The notes beneath the pieces are model-generated. The model did not search any database and was not told the DNA's origin. It saw nothing but the letters and a program-made list of their open reading frames with translations. This document shows positions 37,978 through 47,793 of a stretch of 64,000 bases of DNA, piece by piece. The number at the start of each line of letters is the position of its first letter. Positions within the stretch are counted from its first letter, which is position 1. The translations under genes were made by a program, and so were the position numbers. Origin of the DNA: an uncultured Verrucomicrobiae bacterium (lineage in GTDB: Bacteria > Verrucomicrobiota > Verrucomicrobiia > Chthoniobacterales > JAFAMB01); contig CAWIPH010000002.1 in NCBI GenBank assembly GCA_963837955.1, positions 4,832,001 through 4,896,000 on the forward strand, written 5' to 3'.

Positions 37978-38472
37978 CTAGGCCGAGCGACCATTACCGT
38001 GAGCAGCCGCCGAAGGCCCTAACCAGAGTCGCATTGGCACCATGGCGGATCTCTGGAAGCCGTGCTTCTCGAAAAACGAAAGGGAAGATTCGCTGATGCG
38101 ATCGGTCAACAAGGTAACGCGGAGAAAGTTTTTTTGTTTCGCGTAATCGATGGCGTATTTCAACAGTTCGCTGCCGAGACCCTGATCGCGAAAATTTTTG
38201 TCAATGATAAGATCTTCCAGGAGAATAACGAAACCGCCTTCTGCGGTGCTGATAGTAAATAGCAAATTGATCATGCCAATGATCTGGCTGGCGCTCCGCA
38301 AGACAAAGACCCGGCCACGGCTTGGTTGCTCGATCAACAAACGCAATCCGCGCATTTGGTTATTATAGTCCGGACGGAAATCTGACTCCTGGGCAAACAG
38401 ATCCATGAGTAGCTCTGTCAGCGAAGGTAGATCCTCGATCGTGGCGGGTTCTATGCGTGTCAATCCCAGCAT
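37978..38472 (-). CDS. GNAT acetyltransferase
   Basis: LEDLIIDKNFRDQGLGSELL, FFEKHGF. Confidence 0.9.
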   Translation of the reverse strand: MLGLTRIEPATIEDLPSLTELLMDLFAQESDFRPDYNNQMRGLRLLIEQPSRGRVFVLRSASQIIGMINLLFTISTAEGGFVILLEDLIIDKNFRDQGLGSELLKYAIDYAKQKNFLRVTLLTDRISESSLSFFEKHGFQRSAMVPMRLWLGPSAAAHGNGRSA

Positions 38473-38649
38473 GCCATGAATAACATGCCAAAAGCGGACG
38501 ATTTCTAAAAGTGGAAATCTGCGTTTGGAGCGAATTCCTTAGTTTGCCAACCTATAGGCACCAGCTCGCTCACCTGGAATCAAACAGCAGTTGTGCAAAT
38601 TACCGCGTTGGACGAACATCTGCGGCACAGCCGACCCAATTGTCCTGCG

Positions 38650-39282
38650 ATGATCTGGATCCTAATTGTAATCATTAGCTATTTGTTAGGCTCGATTCCT
38701 AGTGGTTACCTAGTAGCTAAGTCTCAGGGAATAGACATTCGCCAGCACGGCAGCAAAAACATCGGGGCAACGAATGTACTCCGGGTAATGGGCAAGAAAT
38801 GGGGTTACCTGGTTTTTTTCTGTGATGCGCTGAAGGGTTTTTTAGCGGTCCGGCTTGGCATGTTTCTAGGTGGCATGGGGGGTATCGAATCATCACTGGC
38901 CGGGGTCGTGGCTGCGATAGCCTGCATTCTTGGGCACAACTACACTTTTTGGCTCGGCTTCAAGGGCGGCAAGGGAATAGCAACTTCTGGCGGTGTCATA
39001 GTGGCCCTGTTTTCCTGGTATATCGTCCTGATCATCATCCTGGTCTGGCTGGGGGTCTTCTTTCTGAGCAGATACGTCTCGCTTGCCTCCATCTGCGCGG
39101 CCATTGCTTTGCCGTTGAGCCTCGCTCTCCTGGCCCCTTGGGCCGCTGGCAGCAATTCCTGGGTATTGCTTCTGTTCTCAGCGGTGGCTGCCGCTTTGGC
39201 TGTATGGAGACATCGTACAAACATCACGCGCTTGCTGAGCGGCACCGAATCGCGTTTCGGCAAAAAGAAATCCGAATCATGA
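38650..39282 (+). CDS. plsY: Glycerol-3-phosphate acyltransferase
   Basis: YLLGSIP, GSKNIGATNV.R, GHNY, FKGGKGIAT, RH.TNI.RL..GTE. Confidence 0.96.
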   Translation: MIWILIVIISYLLGSIPSGYLVAKSQGIDIRQHGSKNIGATNVLRVMGKKWGYLVFFCDALKGFLAVRLGMFLGGMGGIESSLAGVVAAIACILGHNYTFWLGFKGGKGIATSGGVIVALFSWYIVLIIILVWLGVFFLSRYVSLASICAAIALPLSLALLAPWAAGSNSWVLLLFSAVAAALAVWRHRTNITRLLSGTESRFGKKKSES

Positions 39283-39510
39283 ATCATCGCTTACCGGGTT
39301 TGAGGGAAATCGAAGACTCGGCCCAATCCAATCTGCTTCACTGTTTGGCCTAGGCGACACCTCGAAGGGCGCAATGGTCACCAGGTCTCTGGCTGAGTTG
39401 ATTCGGATCGGCACGGCCCTGGGAGGGATACTTTATGAGTCGGTGCCGCCGGCGGAGGCTATGCAACGTCTCCTCACCCGAGACTTGCGGCCCGAGGAGG
39501 ACGATTCCGG
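39279..39510 (+). pseudogene. gpsA: Collapsed NAD(P)H glycerol-3-phosphate dehydrogenase remnant
   Basis: ATG overlaps the plsY stop; another frame reads GLGDTSKGAMVTRSLAELIRIGTALGG joined directly to ILYESVPPAEAMQRLLTRDLRPE (GpsA middle and extreme C-terminus). Confidence 0.8.
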
Positions 39511-39513
39511 TAT

Positions 39514-40170
39514 TCAACGCACTGTCCAGTCAGAGGGTCGATGATCCGACCGAATCGCGAAGCGGATCAGCCGGGTGAGCCGATCAGCCAAAAGCCGGGT
39601 CAGGCGAAGCATTCGAAGCGCGAAATGGCCAGCCGCAATCATATCGTTTGGGCTGCGCAGCTTTCCACCGATGAAAACGGCAGGAATAACCTCGTCCTGG
39701 CCATCAGAAATCATTCTGGCTGTAACAAGCGGAATCCCGTGGCGGTCGCACACCGCCGCGATCGACTCCGATTCCATGTCAACGGCGACATTGGTACTCC
39801 CCAGTTTTTTCTTCTCAGTTGGACCGGTGACCTGATCGACCGAACGAAAAGTACCGCGGGCATCGATCACGCTACCGATAGGTAATTCGAGCTGAGCTGT
39901 TGTATAGTTAGAAGCCAGCAAAAAATCTCCCGGCTCCAATAGAGTCCGCGTTGCCCCTGCGAATCCCGAATTAATAACCAGTGAGGGCCGGAGTTTCTGG
40001 ATCGTCTCCTCGAAACTGGCAAGAGCGCTTGCCCGAATACCAACAAAACAAACTGCAACTCTGGCGCCGCAAATCGTTCCTTCCAGGAATGTTTCGCGCT
40101 TAGTTTTCTGCGCCAAACGTCTTTCGAAAATACGAGCCTCGGCCTGAAGCGCAAAAACAACCAGCAACAT
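39514..40170 (-). CDS. Nucleoside phosphorylase/MTAN-fold protein (HpnG-like)
   Basis: FAL..EA, INSGFAG, AVDMES, RMISD. Confidence 0.8.
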   Translation of the reverse strand: MLLVVFALQAEARIFERRLAQKTKRETFLEGTICGARVAVCFVGIRASALASFEETIQKLRPSLVINSGFAGATRTLLEPGDFLLASNYTTAQLELPIGSVIDARGTFRSVDQVTGPTEKKKLGSTNVAVDMESESIAAVCDRHGIPLVTARMISDGQDEVIPAVFIGGKLRSPNDMIAAGHFALRMLRLTRLLADRLTRLIRFAIRSDHRPSDWTVR

Positions 40171-40173
40171 ATC

Positions 40174-40614
40174 CTATTTGGTAGCGTGTAATTTCACTTC
40201 AACGATTCGAGTTTTGCCGCCTGGATCGGGCGAAGCTTCAGGTACCATCTTCGCCCGATCTTGCACTGCTTCGATAAATTGCTGTACAGCAGTTTCAGGA
40301 ATTTCGACGAGCAAATCTTGGTCAGATCCTCCAGAAAGATGATTCACCACCGCGTTGCCACCGAGCCTGGCAGCGAGATTCTTGATCCGCTCCGCTTCGG
40401 ATTCGAGGTCCTGTTGCTTAATAGTTAGCTCGACCAGGTTCTGAGTGAGCGATGGCGGGCCCATCTCGCCCTCCATCGTGCGGTGTATGCTTTCGTTCAG
40501 TAGAGTCAGGTCCGGCGCTTCTGCTGGTCGATCTCTTTGTTGGGAAAGATAAATGGCCAGGCCCGCCACGCCTAATAAAACTAGGACGATGAGAGAAACA
40601 ATAATCCTACGCAT
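40174..40614 (-). CDS. Hypothetical bitopic membrane protein
   Basis: N-terminal TM, soluble domain. Confidence 0.65.
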   Translation of the reverse strand: MRRIIVSLIVLVLLGVAGLAIYLSQQRDRPAEAPDLTLLNESIHRTMEGEMGPPSLTQNLVELTIKQQDLESEAERIKNLAARLGGNAVVNHLSGGSDQDLLVEIPETAVQQFIEAVQDRAKMVPEASPDPGGKTRIVEVKLHATK

Positions 40615-40671
40615 TCAGATCTGGGTTCTTGCTTCGGGAACCAAAACGGGTTGAGTGGAAAAGTTTAAACT

Positions 40672-41670
40672 GTGATTGATTTAGGAAAAGGCAAAATCCT
40701 TGTGACCGGTGGTGCCGGATTCATCGGCAGCGCCCTCATCTGGGGGCTTAATCGGCGGTCTCTCGACAATATCTTGGTGTGCGACGAGCTCGCTACGGAC
40801 GAGAAGTGGTGCAATTTGGTCCCGCTTCGGTTCGACGACTATCTGGCGGCTTCCGACTTGCAGGAGCTGGTGCTGGATGACAGCCCCTTTCTTAATGAGG
40901 TTCGCGCCGTCTTCCACTTAGGTGCTTGTTCTGTGACGACCGAAGGGGACCTCGGCTACCTCATGCGCAACAATTACCAGTTTACCCGAGACTTAGCAGA
41001 GTGGGCAGCAAAGCGTCGTTTACGTTTCGTCTATGCCTCCTCGGCGGCCACCTACGGCGATGGCTCTGCTGGAATGGAGGACGATGAGGAACAGCTGAAT
41101 CAGCTTCGTCCACTGAACGGTTACGCATTTTCCAAACACCGTTTCGACGTGTATGCCAAGAAACGTGGATTACTCGATGCCTTGGTCGGCTTGAAATACT
41201 TCAACGTCTTTGGTCCGAATGAGGGCCACAAAAAGGAGATGCGTAGCCTCGTGCGCAAAGCCTTTGAACAGGTGCAGCAGACTGGCAAGATCCAGCTCTT
41301 TAAGAGCTATAGGTCCGAATACGGGCACGGCGAGCAACGCAGGGATTTTCTTTATGTGAAAGATGCGGTGGAGATGACCCTATCTCTGGCGGTCAACCCT
41401 TCGGCTCGAGGATTGTTCAATTTGGGGTCCGGACAAGCCCGAACTTGGAACGAGCTGGCCTCGGCAGTTTTCGCGGCGCTCAAGAAGCCGCCTGAGATCG
41501 AGTTTGTCGAGATGCCGGAAATATTGCGCGGTAAATATCAGTATTTCACCGAAGCAAATATTAAGAAACTCCGTTCTACGGGATACACCGGTCCGGCATT
41601 CAGTCTGGAGCAAGGGATAGCTGATTACGTGCAAAACTACCTACTCACAGGCCGGCCATTGGAGCCATGA
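40672..41670 (+). CDS. rfaD: ADP-L-glycero-D-manno-heptose 6-epimerase
   Basis: TGGAGFIGS, HLGACS.TTE, YASSAATYG, PLNGYAFSK, YFNVFGPNE.HK, KYQYFTEA. Confidence 0.95.
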   Translation: MIDLGKGKILVTGGAGFIGSALIWGLNRRSLDNILVCDELATDEKWCNLVPLRFDDYLAASDLQELVLDDSPFLNEVRAVFHLGACSVTTEGDLGYLMRNNYQFTRDLAEWAAKRRLRFVYASSAATYGDGSAGMEDDEEQLNQLRPLNGYAFSKHRFDVYAKKRGLLDALVGLKYFNVFGPNEGHKKEMRSLVRKAFEQVQQTGKIQLFKSYRSEYGHGEQRRDFLYVKDAVEMTLSLAVNPSARGLFNLGSGQARTWNELASAVFAALKKPPEIEFVEMPEILRGKYQYFTEANIKKLRSTGYTGPAFSLEQGIADYVQNYLLTGRPLEP

Positions 41671-41695
41671 ACCTGTTTCGACTGAGGAAGAATAG

Positions 41696-41917
41696 TTACT
41701 GAAGATCTTCGGTTAGAACGCTGGTCTTCTCGCGCGAGCCTAGAACGGTTGCTTGCCTTATGACAGCGGCAGGATCTTCATCAAATCGATAGCCGTGGCA
41801 GTTCGGACAGGTTGAGACCCGACGAGTAACAATGGAATCGCAACCTTCGCAAACCTTGTAAAGCGCAGGTTCTTGAGCAATTTTTGCTGCTTTGGCTGCT
41901 CGCTCGGCCAGGGACAT
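41696..41917 (-). CDS. Small zinc-ribbon protein
   Basis: CEGC...CPNC. Confidence 0.75.
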   Translation of the reverse strand: MSLAERAAKAAKIAQEPALYKVCEGCDSIVTRRVSTCPNCHGYRFDEDPAAVIRQATVLGSREKTSVLTEDLQ

Positions 41918-41969
41918 ACCTACGTAATTTGCCTGATTTTGGCATATTTAGCAAACAGCAACCCGCCCT

Positions 41970-42028
41970 GGGAGGGATCGCGTCCCCGCGATCCGGTTCT
42001 TTCGGCGCACGAGGACATGCGCCCTCCC
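41970..42028. repeat. Branched REP-like element
   Basis: Outer gggaggg/ccctccc, inner ggatcgcg/cgcgatcc and ggcgca/tgcgcc stems. Confidence 0.7.
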
Positions 42029-42093
42029 GGCCAGGGATGGTTCAACGCCCACGCCCTACCCACCTGTGGTTCCAAGCGCCTCACCTATGATGA

Positions 42094-43041
42094 CTAACGC
42101 TTAGGCAGAAATTCCGACTCAAGTGCTAGGGAAGCCGCGCCAATGATGCCGGCATCGTTGCCCAAAGTAGCCGGAACAATCTCGAGTTTCTCCCAAAACG
42201 TCTTCTCGCAACGATGTTGTATCGTCTCGCGAATATATCGGAAAAGGCGGTCTCCCGCTTGAGCAACGCCTCCCCCAATTACGATCCGGTTTGGATTCAC
42301 CAGCCAAACGACGTTAGTGAGCCCAACTCCCAGTTTAAGTCCGATATCTTGCCAAACGGCGTCTGCTAATTTGTCACCCTGATCGGCTGCGGCGGACAAC
42401 CTTTTCGGATCAGCTTCTTCGTCACTAATCACCTTCCCAGCCGCCAAATAAATTTCCTTGGCTCGTTCTGTAATCTTGTGATGGCCGACATATACTTCCA
42501 AAGCTCCCTTGTTGCCGTAAACATAATCGACGCCGTGGTAATCGATCGACATTTGACCGATCTCGCCAGCCACGAACGTGGCCCCTCGATAAAGTTTCCC
42601 GTTCAGGATTAAAGCACCCCCAACTGCCGTGCCCAAAGTTACGCAAACTACGTCAGGAACCTGCGCCCCCGCCCCGTGCCTCCATTCTGCGTAGGCCATC
42701 GCCTTGGCGTCATTTTCGAGATTTGCGGTTAACCCCGTCTTTTCCTGAACAATGGAGCGCAAGGGAATTTGCTTCCAACCCTTCACGTTCGTCAGATTGA
42801 TGACCACACCAGTAATTGGGTTGATGATACCTGGGACCCCGAAACCCACCGCTTGGGTTTCCGGATTTTTTTTTCTGAGGGCCTGAATTTCGTTGATCAT
42901 TTCCTGAATCAAGGCGTCGGTATTGCCGTCTTGCCGAGTCTCGATGACTTTCCCTCTTTCCAGGATCGATCCATCTCGAACCAGTCCGGTCTTGATGGTC
43001 GTCGCGCCGAAATCAAATCCGATTGCCGTAGCCGAGCTCAT
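42094..43041 (-). CDS. ROK-family sugar kinase
   Basis: DFGAT, GVPG, ENDAKA, TLGTAVGG, GEIG, GNDAGIIGAA. Confidence 0.9.
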   Translation of the reverse strand: MSSATAIGFDFGATTIKTGLVRDGSILERGKVIETRQDGNTDALIQEMINEIQALRKKNPETQAVGFGVPGIINPITGVVINLTNVKGWKQIPLRSIVQEKTGLTANLENDAKAMAYAEWRHGAGAQVPDVVCVTLGTAVGGALILNGKLYRGATFVAGEIGQMSIDYHGVDYVYGNKGALEVYVGHHKITERAKEIYLAAGKVISDEEADPKRLSAAADQGDKLADAVWQDIGLKLGVGLTNVVWLVNPNRIVIGGGVAQAGDRLFRYIRETIQHRCEKTFWEKLEIVPATLGNDAGIIGAASLALESEFLPKR

Positions 43042-43772
43042 AAGGGGGTATTTCGTAGTGCGATGATTCGAAGACCCTCAAGCGTGAGGTCAGGATCAAC
43101 AATTTGCAACTCCGGAAGTTTTGCAGCGATCAAGGAAGCGTAGCTGCCGGTCGCGACGATGTGGGCCTTTCCCTCCAGCTTCGCGACGATCTCGGTAACG
43201 ATTTGCCGCACGAGTCCGCGATATCCGTATATTGCCCCCGCTAGCATTGCCTCCCTGGTCGATTTTCCGATTATGTTTGTCGGTTCAGATAGATCAATCC
43301 GGGGGAGCAACGCGGTCTTCTGATAAAAATATTCTGTCATTACGCCGAGTCCCGGTGCAATTACTCCACCGATGTATTGCCGCAAGTGAGAAATGATATC
43401 GAAAGTGACGGCTGTGCCAAAGTCCACAACGACGGCCGGCGCACCAAAGCGGGAGATCACTCCAACGGCGTTGGCTAAGCGATCAGCCCCGATGCTTTGC
43501 GGCTCTGGAAAGTCGACGCCGATCCCCAAGTCGAGCGCAGCACTTACTTCAACGAGGCGTCCTCGCAACTTCTTCCGGAATATCCCAGTTTTGTTTGGGA
43601 CGACTGATCCAACGACGGCGTAATCGAATGTCCATTTTCCAATTACTCGATCAACGGCTTCCGCCGTTAATTTGCTCGTCAAAATCACGCCCCTTTTCAG
43701 CAATTTTTCGGTATCGGACAAGGCGATCTTCGTCGATGTATTATTCAGATTTACGAGCAAAAATCGGTTCAT
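43038..43772 (-). CDS. coaX: Type III pantothenate kinase
   Basis: SVVP, IGADRLAN, VVDFGTAVTFD, GGVIAPG, LTLEGL. Confidence 0.93.
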   Translation of the reverse strand: MNRFLLVNLNNTSTKIALSDTEKLLKRGVILTSKLTAEAVDRVIGKWTFDYAVVGSVVPNKTGIFRKKLRGRLVEVSAALDLGIGVDFPEPQSIGADRLANAVGVISRFGAPAVVVDFGTAVTFDIISHLRQYIGGVIAPGLGVMTEYFYQKTALLPRIDLSEPTNIIGKSTREAMLAGAIYGYRGLVRQIVTEIVAKLEGKAHIVATGSYASLIAAKLPELQIVDPDLTLEGLRIIALRNTPL

Positions 43773-43835
43773 TATCCGGAAAGTTCGCTAACTTATACAC
43801 GTTTGCAGTGAGGCGTCTGGCAAATAGACTAGTCT

Positions 43836-44819
43836 ATGCTTGATCTGCTCCGCCGACCACGGCGCCTTCGTTCCAGTGAATCCCTCAGGCAGCTCGTCCG
43901 GGAAACTACCGTTGAACCGTGGCAGTGCATCTACCCGATGTTTGTTTCGGAAAAGGTACATCGTCCTGTTCCAATCCAGAGTATGCCAGATGTTTTCCAA
44001 TTCGACGTAGAGCACTTCGTTGAAGAAGCCAAAACAGCTCATTCCGAGGGAATTCGCGCTATTCTGGTCTTTGGGATACCAGCAGAGAAAGATGAGACCG
44101 CTTCTGGTGCGTACGCCACAGATGGAATTGTCCAGCGGACGGTTCGCCGCCTTAAAGAGGAAGTTCCGGATCTGATCATCATCGCCGATGTCTGCCTGTG
44201 CGAATATATGGAGCATGGCCACTGCGGGGTCGTTCAACGATCAAGGGATCGCTATGAAATTGTCAACGATCCTTCGGTCGAGTTGATCGCGCGGACAGCG
44301 GTCAGCTTGGCTGAAGCTGGGGCCGATATCGTTGCGCCTAGCGATATGATGGATGGCCGCGTATCCGTGATCCGGCGCGAGCTTGATCTTCGCGGCTTCC
44401 AGTCGGTTCCCGTCATGAGTTATGCCGCGAAATTCTGTTCTGCTTTCTATGGTCCATTCAGAGAGGCCGCCGAAAGTGCTCCCCATTTTGGCGATCGCCG
44501 CAGCTACCAAATGGATCCGGCCAATTCTAATGAAGCATTGCGAGAAATCGCTCTGGATATCGAAGAGGGCGCCGACTTGTTGATCGTAAAACCGGGTCTT
44601 CCTTACCTGGACATCCTTTGGCGCGTGAAGGATCGGTTCAAAATGCCTACTGCCGTCTACAATGTAAGCGGCGAGTATGCCATGCTGAAAGCGGCCGCGC
44701 AGAACGGCTGGTTGGACGAAAAGAGTGCGGTGCTGGAGTTGATGACATCCTTCCGGCGAGCAGGCGCGGACCTCATCATAACCTACTGGGCACGGGATGT
44801 AGCTCGGTGGATCGGGTAA
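43836..44819 (+). CDS. hemB: Porphobilinogen synthase (Zn-type)
   Basis: DVCLCEY..HGHCG, APSDMMDG, SAFYGPFR, YNVSGEY. Confidence 0.97.
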   Translation: MLDLLRRPRRLRSSESLRQLVRETTVEPWQCIYPMFVSEKVHRPVPIQSMPDVFQFDVEHFVEEAKTAHSEGIRAILVFGIPAEKDETASGAYATDGIVQRTVRRLKEEVPDLIIIADVCLCEYMEHGHCGVVQRSRDRYEIVNDPSVELIARTAVSLAEAGADIVAPSDMMDGRVSVIRRELDLRGFQSVPVMSYAAKFCSAFYGPFREAAESAPHFGDRRSYQMDPANSNEALREIALDIEEGADLLIVKPGLPYLDILWRVKDRFKMPTAVYNVSGEYAMLKAAAQNGWLDEKSAVLELMTSFRRAGADLIITYWARDVARWIG

Positions 44820-44920
44820 TCGCAGGTTCGACAGAGGCCAATGGCTCCAGGCGATCGGAGTTCAGCGCTTGCGGTCTTTCTAATCAATTCGCTGGCGCGA
44901 GTCGACACAATGCGGGGAAC

Positions 44921-46147
44921 TTAATCGCGTCGGTACGATTCTCGGCCGAGATTGATCGCCGGGTCGGTTTGTCTTCGTTCCTCTCCTCGGAGCGCCAGGC
45001 TGACGACGAAAGCCAAGGCCATTATCAATCCACCGACCAAAAATGGTGTGTTGCCGTACTCAATCGGCGGTCGCGTATGATCGCTGGCCAGGAGGAATCC
45101 ACCAACCGCGGGGCCACAAACCCGGCCGAGGCTGCCAGCCGATTGTAGCGAACCCAAAACCCGTCCTTGAGCTCCAGGATGAGCCGCCTTCGAAGCCATC
45201 GCATTAATCGTCGGTTGAGAGAGGCTGTTGCCGATCCCTAAACCGATTGTGAACAAAAGAAACAACGGGACAGTCGTTGCTAGCGGCATGAGAGCCATGC
45301 TTGCCGCCATCACAGCCAATCCAACGACCGCCAATTTATAGTCGCCGAATCGTTTCACTAATCGACCAACCGCCCCCCCTTGAATCAGTGCTCCGACTAG
45401 ACCGAGGATCACAAAAATCCAACTGATCTGCGATTGGGTAAGATTGAAGCGTCGATTACTGACTTGGGGATAAATCATCGTGACGATGGCAAAGCCCGCG
45501 ATAGCCACAAAGTAAGTCAATACCAGGATGGCCAGCCACCGGCCGAAGGAACCGGACCAAACTTCTCCTGCATTTTCCAAATTTTGCAGACGGATAGCAT
45601 GCTCTTTCGGTTCGGGGAGAAAGGCGATTACCGCTAATCCGTTCCCCAAGGCGACCGCAGCTGCGAACCAAAATGGCGCTACTGGGGAGCTAAGGCTGAG
45701 CAGTCCGCCGATGGCGGGGCCTAAGACGAACCCAACCCCAAATGCAGCGCCGATCAGGCCAATTCGACTAGACCGTTTTTCGGGAGGTGTAATGTCGGCG
45801 ATGTAGGCAGACGCGGTGGCAACGCTCGCACCGCAAATTCCGGCAATTATGCGGGCGAAAAACAGCATTGGCAAAGACTCGGCATTAGCCATCAGAACGT
45901 AGCCAATGGCCGACCCAAACAGGCTGCAGAGCAAGACCGGTTTCCGGCCAAACCGATCAGAAATTCTTCCCAGGATCGGGGAAGCAAGGAACTGCATGAA
46001 TGAGTAAGAGCCTAAAAGTAGACCGATCTGCCATTCCGAAGCCGCAAAACGCTGGGCATAGAGCGGCAGGATGGGAATGATCATCCCGAAGCCGATGAGA
46101 TCGATAAAAACTACTAGGAGTATGATTGCCAACGGCGATTTTTTCAT
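44921..46147 (-). CDS. MFS transporter (TetA/DHA1-like)
   Basis: GRISDRFGRKPVLL, GFVLGPAIGG, multiple TM helices. Confidence 0.92.
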   Translation of the reverse strand: MKKSPLAIILLVVFIDLIGFGMIIPILPLYAQRFAASEWQIGLLLGSYSFMQFLASPILGRISDRFGRKPVLLCSLFGSAIGYVLMANAESLPMLFFARIIAGICGASVATASAYIADITPPEKRSSRIGLIGAAFGVGFVLGPAIGGLLSLSSPVAPFWFAAAVALGNGLAVIAFLPEPKEHAIRLQNLENAGEVWSGSFGRWLAILVLTYFVAIAGFAIVTMIYPQVSNRRFNLTQSQISWIFVILGLVGALIQGGAVGRLVKRFGDYKLAVVGLAVMAASMALMPLATTVPLFLLFTIGLGIGNSLSQPTINAMASKAAHPGAQGRVLGSLQSAGSLGRVCGPAVGGFLLASDHTRPPIEYGNTPFLVGGLIMALAFVVSLALRGEERRQTDPAINLGRESYRRD

Positions 46148-46323
46148 GCATTCAGTGCGACAAGAGCTTACACGAAAACGGCAGGCTCACGGCAGAGACT
46201 TAGTGCACTAGACTGCTAATTGATCTCCGGTCGGGGCAAAACGTCAAGCGGTTCGGGCAAGGTCTTCGATATCCAGAATCTCGCCGCATCCGCTCTCCAA
46301 TACAACTTGCCGGGCAGTGAGCG

Positions 46324-47496
46324 TCATTTTGCAATGACGGATCGGCGAAACTCGCGTGGAGAAATGCCCAGCTTTCGCTTAAACATCGCGCTTAAGTATT
46401 CAACGCCGGAGAATCCCACCTGATTAGCAATCTGAGCAATGGAGAGATCGGTGGTGGTCAATAGCTGCTTCACCCGTTCAAGACGAAGTCGAAGGATTTC
46501 CTCGTAAGGGGATCTGCGGAGAAATTTTTGAAAACGACGTTCTAACACGGTCCGAGAGATCGGTACCACGTTCAATACGTCCTCTACCCCAATCCCTTCG
46601 CAAGCATGATCTCGAATGAATCGCATTGCTTGCGCGATTTCAGTATCTCCGACCGCAATCGCTTCCGTCGATTTCCGTGCGAAAACGCCGATCGGCGCGA
46701 CCAGACGTGTTTGATTGGAGACCGGCTGCCCTTCCATGATACGGTCGAGCAACTGGGCTGCTTCATAGCCAGCGCGCCGCGCATTGGGGATGATGCTAGA
46801 GAGCGGGGGATCACAAAGTTCGCAAAGAAGTTCGTCGTTGTGATGGCCGATGACTGCCACTTCATCCGGCACTCGTATTCCAGCCTGTCGGCAGACATCG
46901 AGGAGCTGCTGTCCCCGAATATCGTAACAGGCAAAAATACCGATTGGCTTAGGAAGACGAAGCAGCCAATTTACCAGCTTCTTCTGTTCGCGCGGCCAAT
47001 CTTCGGCATCACCAATTTCGGAATCAAAAACTTTGAGATCGAATCCGGCGGCGCGCACATGCTTCCGGAAGTTTTGTTCGTGGCGGAGCGACCAATCAAA
47101 TCGAGCATCTCCGCAGTAACCAAACAAGCGGAAGCCACGCTCTAGCAAGTGCTCTGCCGCGACGCTACAGACCGCATCGCTATCGCTTGCTACTGTCGGA
47201 AAGCTTCGCTTAACGGCGTTGCTGCTAACATTGACTACGGGCAATTTCGCGGCGACGACGGCCTCTTCGATCTCACTGTTCTCGATCCTGGCAATAACTC
47301 CGTGTCCATGCCAGTTGTGAAACCAAGGAGGCGGCTCATTCCCTCGTCCCTGTTCAGTAAAATGGATTTCCCAATTCGCACCCTCTCGCATGTACGTTCG
47401 GATTCCCCGCAACAACCCCCGGCTATAAGCGTTGGAGGTTTCAATCAACAACGCTACTTGAGGGCGCGAAGAGGCTGGAATCGAGTCGTTTGTCAC
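46324..47496 (-). CDS. XylR-type regulator (periplasmic-binding fold + AraC HTH)
   Basis: VALLIETS..Y.RG.LRG, PKPIGIFAC.D, VPDEVAVIG, C-terminal AraC HTH. Confidence 0.92.
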   Translation of the reverse strand: MTNDSIPASSRPQVALLIETSNAYSRGLLRGIRTYMREGANWEIHFTEQGRGNEPPPWFHNWHGHGVIARIENSEIEEAVVAAKLPVVNVSSNAVKRSFPTVASDSDAVCSVAAEHLLERGFRLFGYCGDARFDWSLRHEQNFRKHVRAAGFDLKVFDSEIGDAEDWPREQKKLVNWLLRLPKPIGIFACYDIRGQQLLDVCRQAGIRVPDEVAVIGHHNDELLCELCDPPLSSIIPNARRAGYEAAQLLDRIMEGQPVSNQTRLVAPIGVFARKSTEAIAVGDTEIAQAMRFIRDHACEGIGVEDVLNVVPISRTVLERRFQKFLRRSPYEEILRLRLERVKQLLTTTDLSIAQIANQVGFSGVEYLSAMFKRKLGISPREFRRSVIAK

Positions 47497-47793
47497 AGCT
47501 GGCGAGCCGCGGGGCTACATAGGATCGTTTTCGATTCCCTTATTAGAGTCAACCAAAAGCGACCTTGCGATCGTTGCCTTCGAGGGGCTGTGGTTCCCAG
47601 CGTTTCAATCCTCCTTGTCCTCGACGTTGCGAGGAAAACCTACGCGACCGCGTTTGGGAGCCTCTTGAGTACGCGCTATAGCCGAAGGAACAAAGCGTTG
47701 CCCGGCTAGCCGATAAGGACGAGCGCGACGACGAGGACGAGGGAACCCGCGATTTTCCTTTTCGCGTTCACGAATCTGCCGCTAGAAAGAAGG

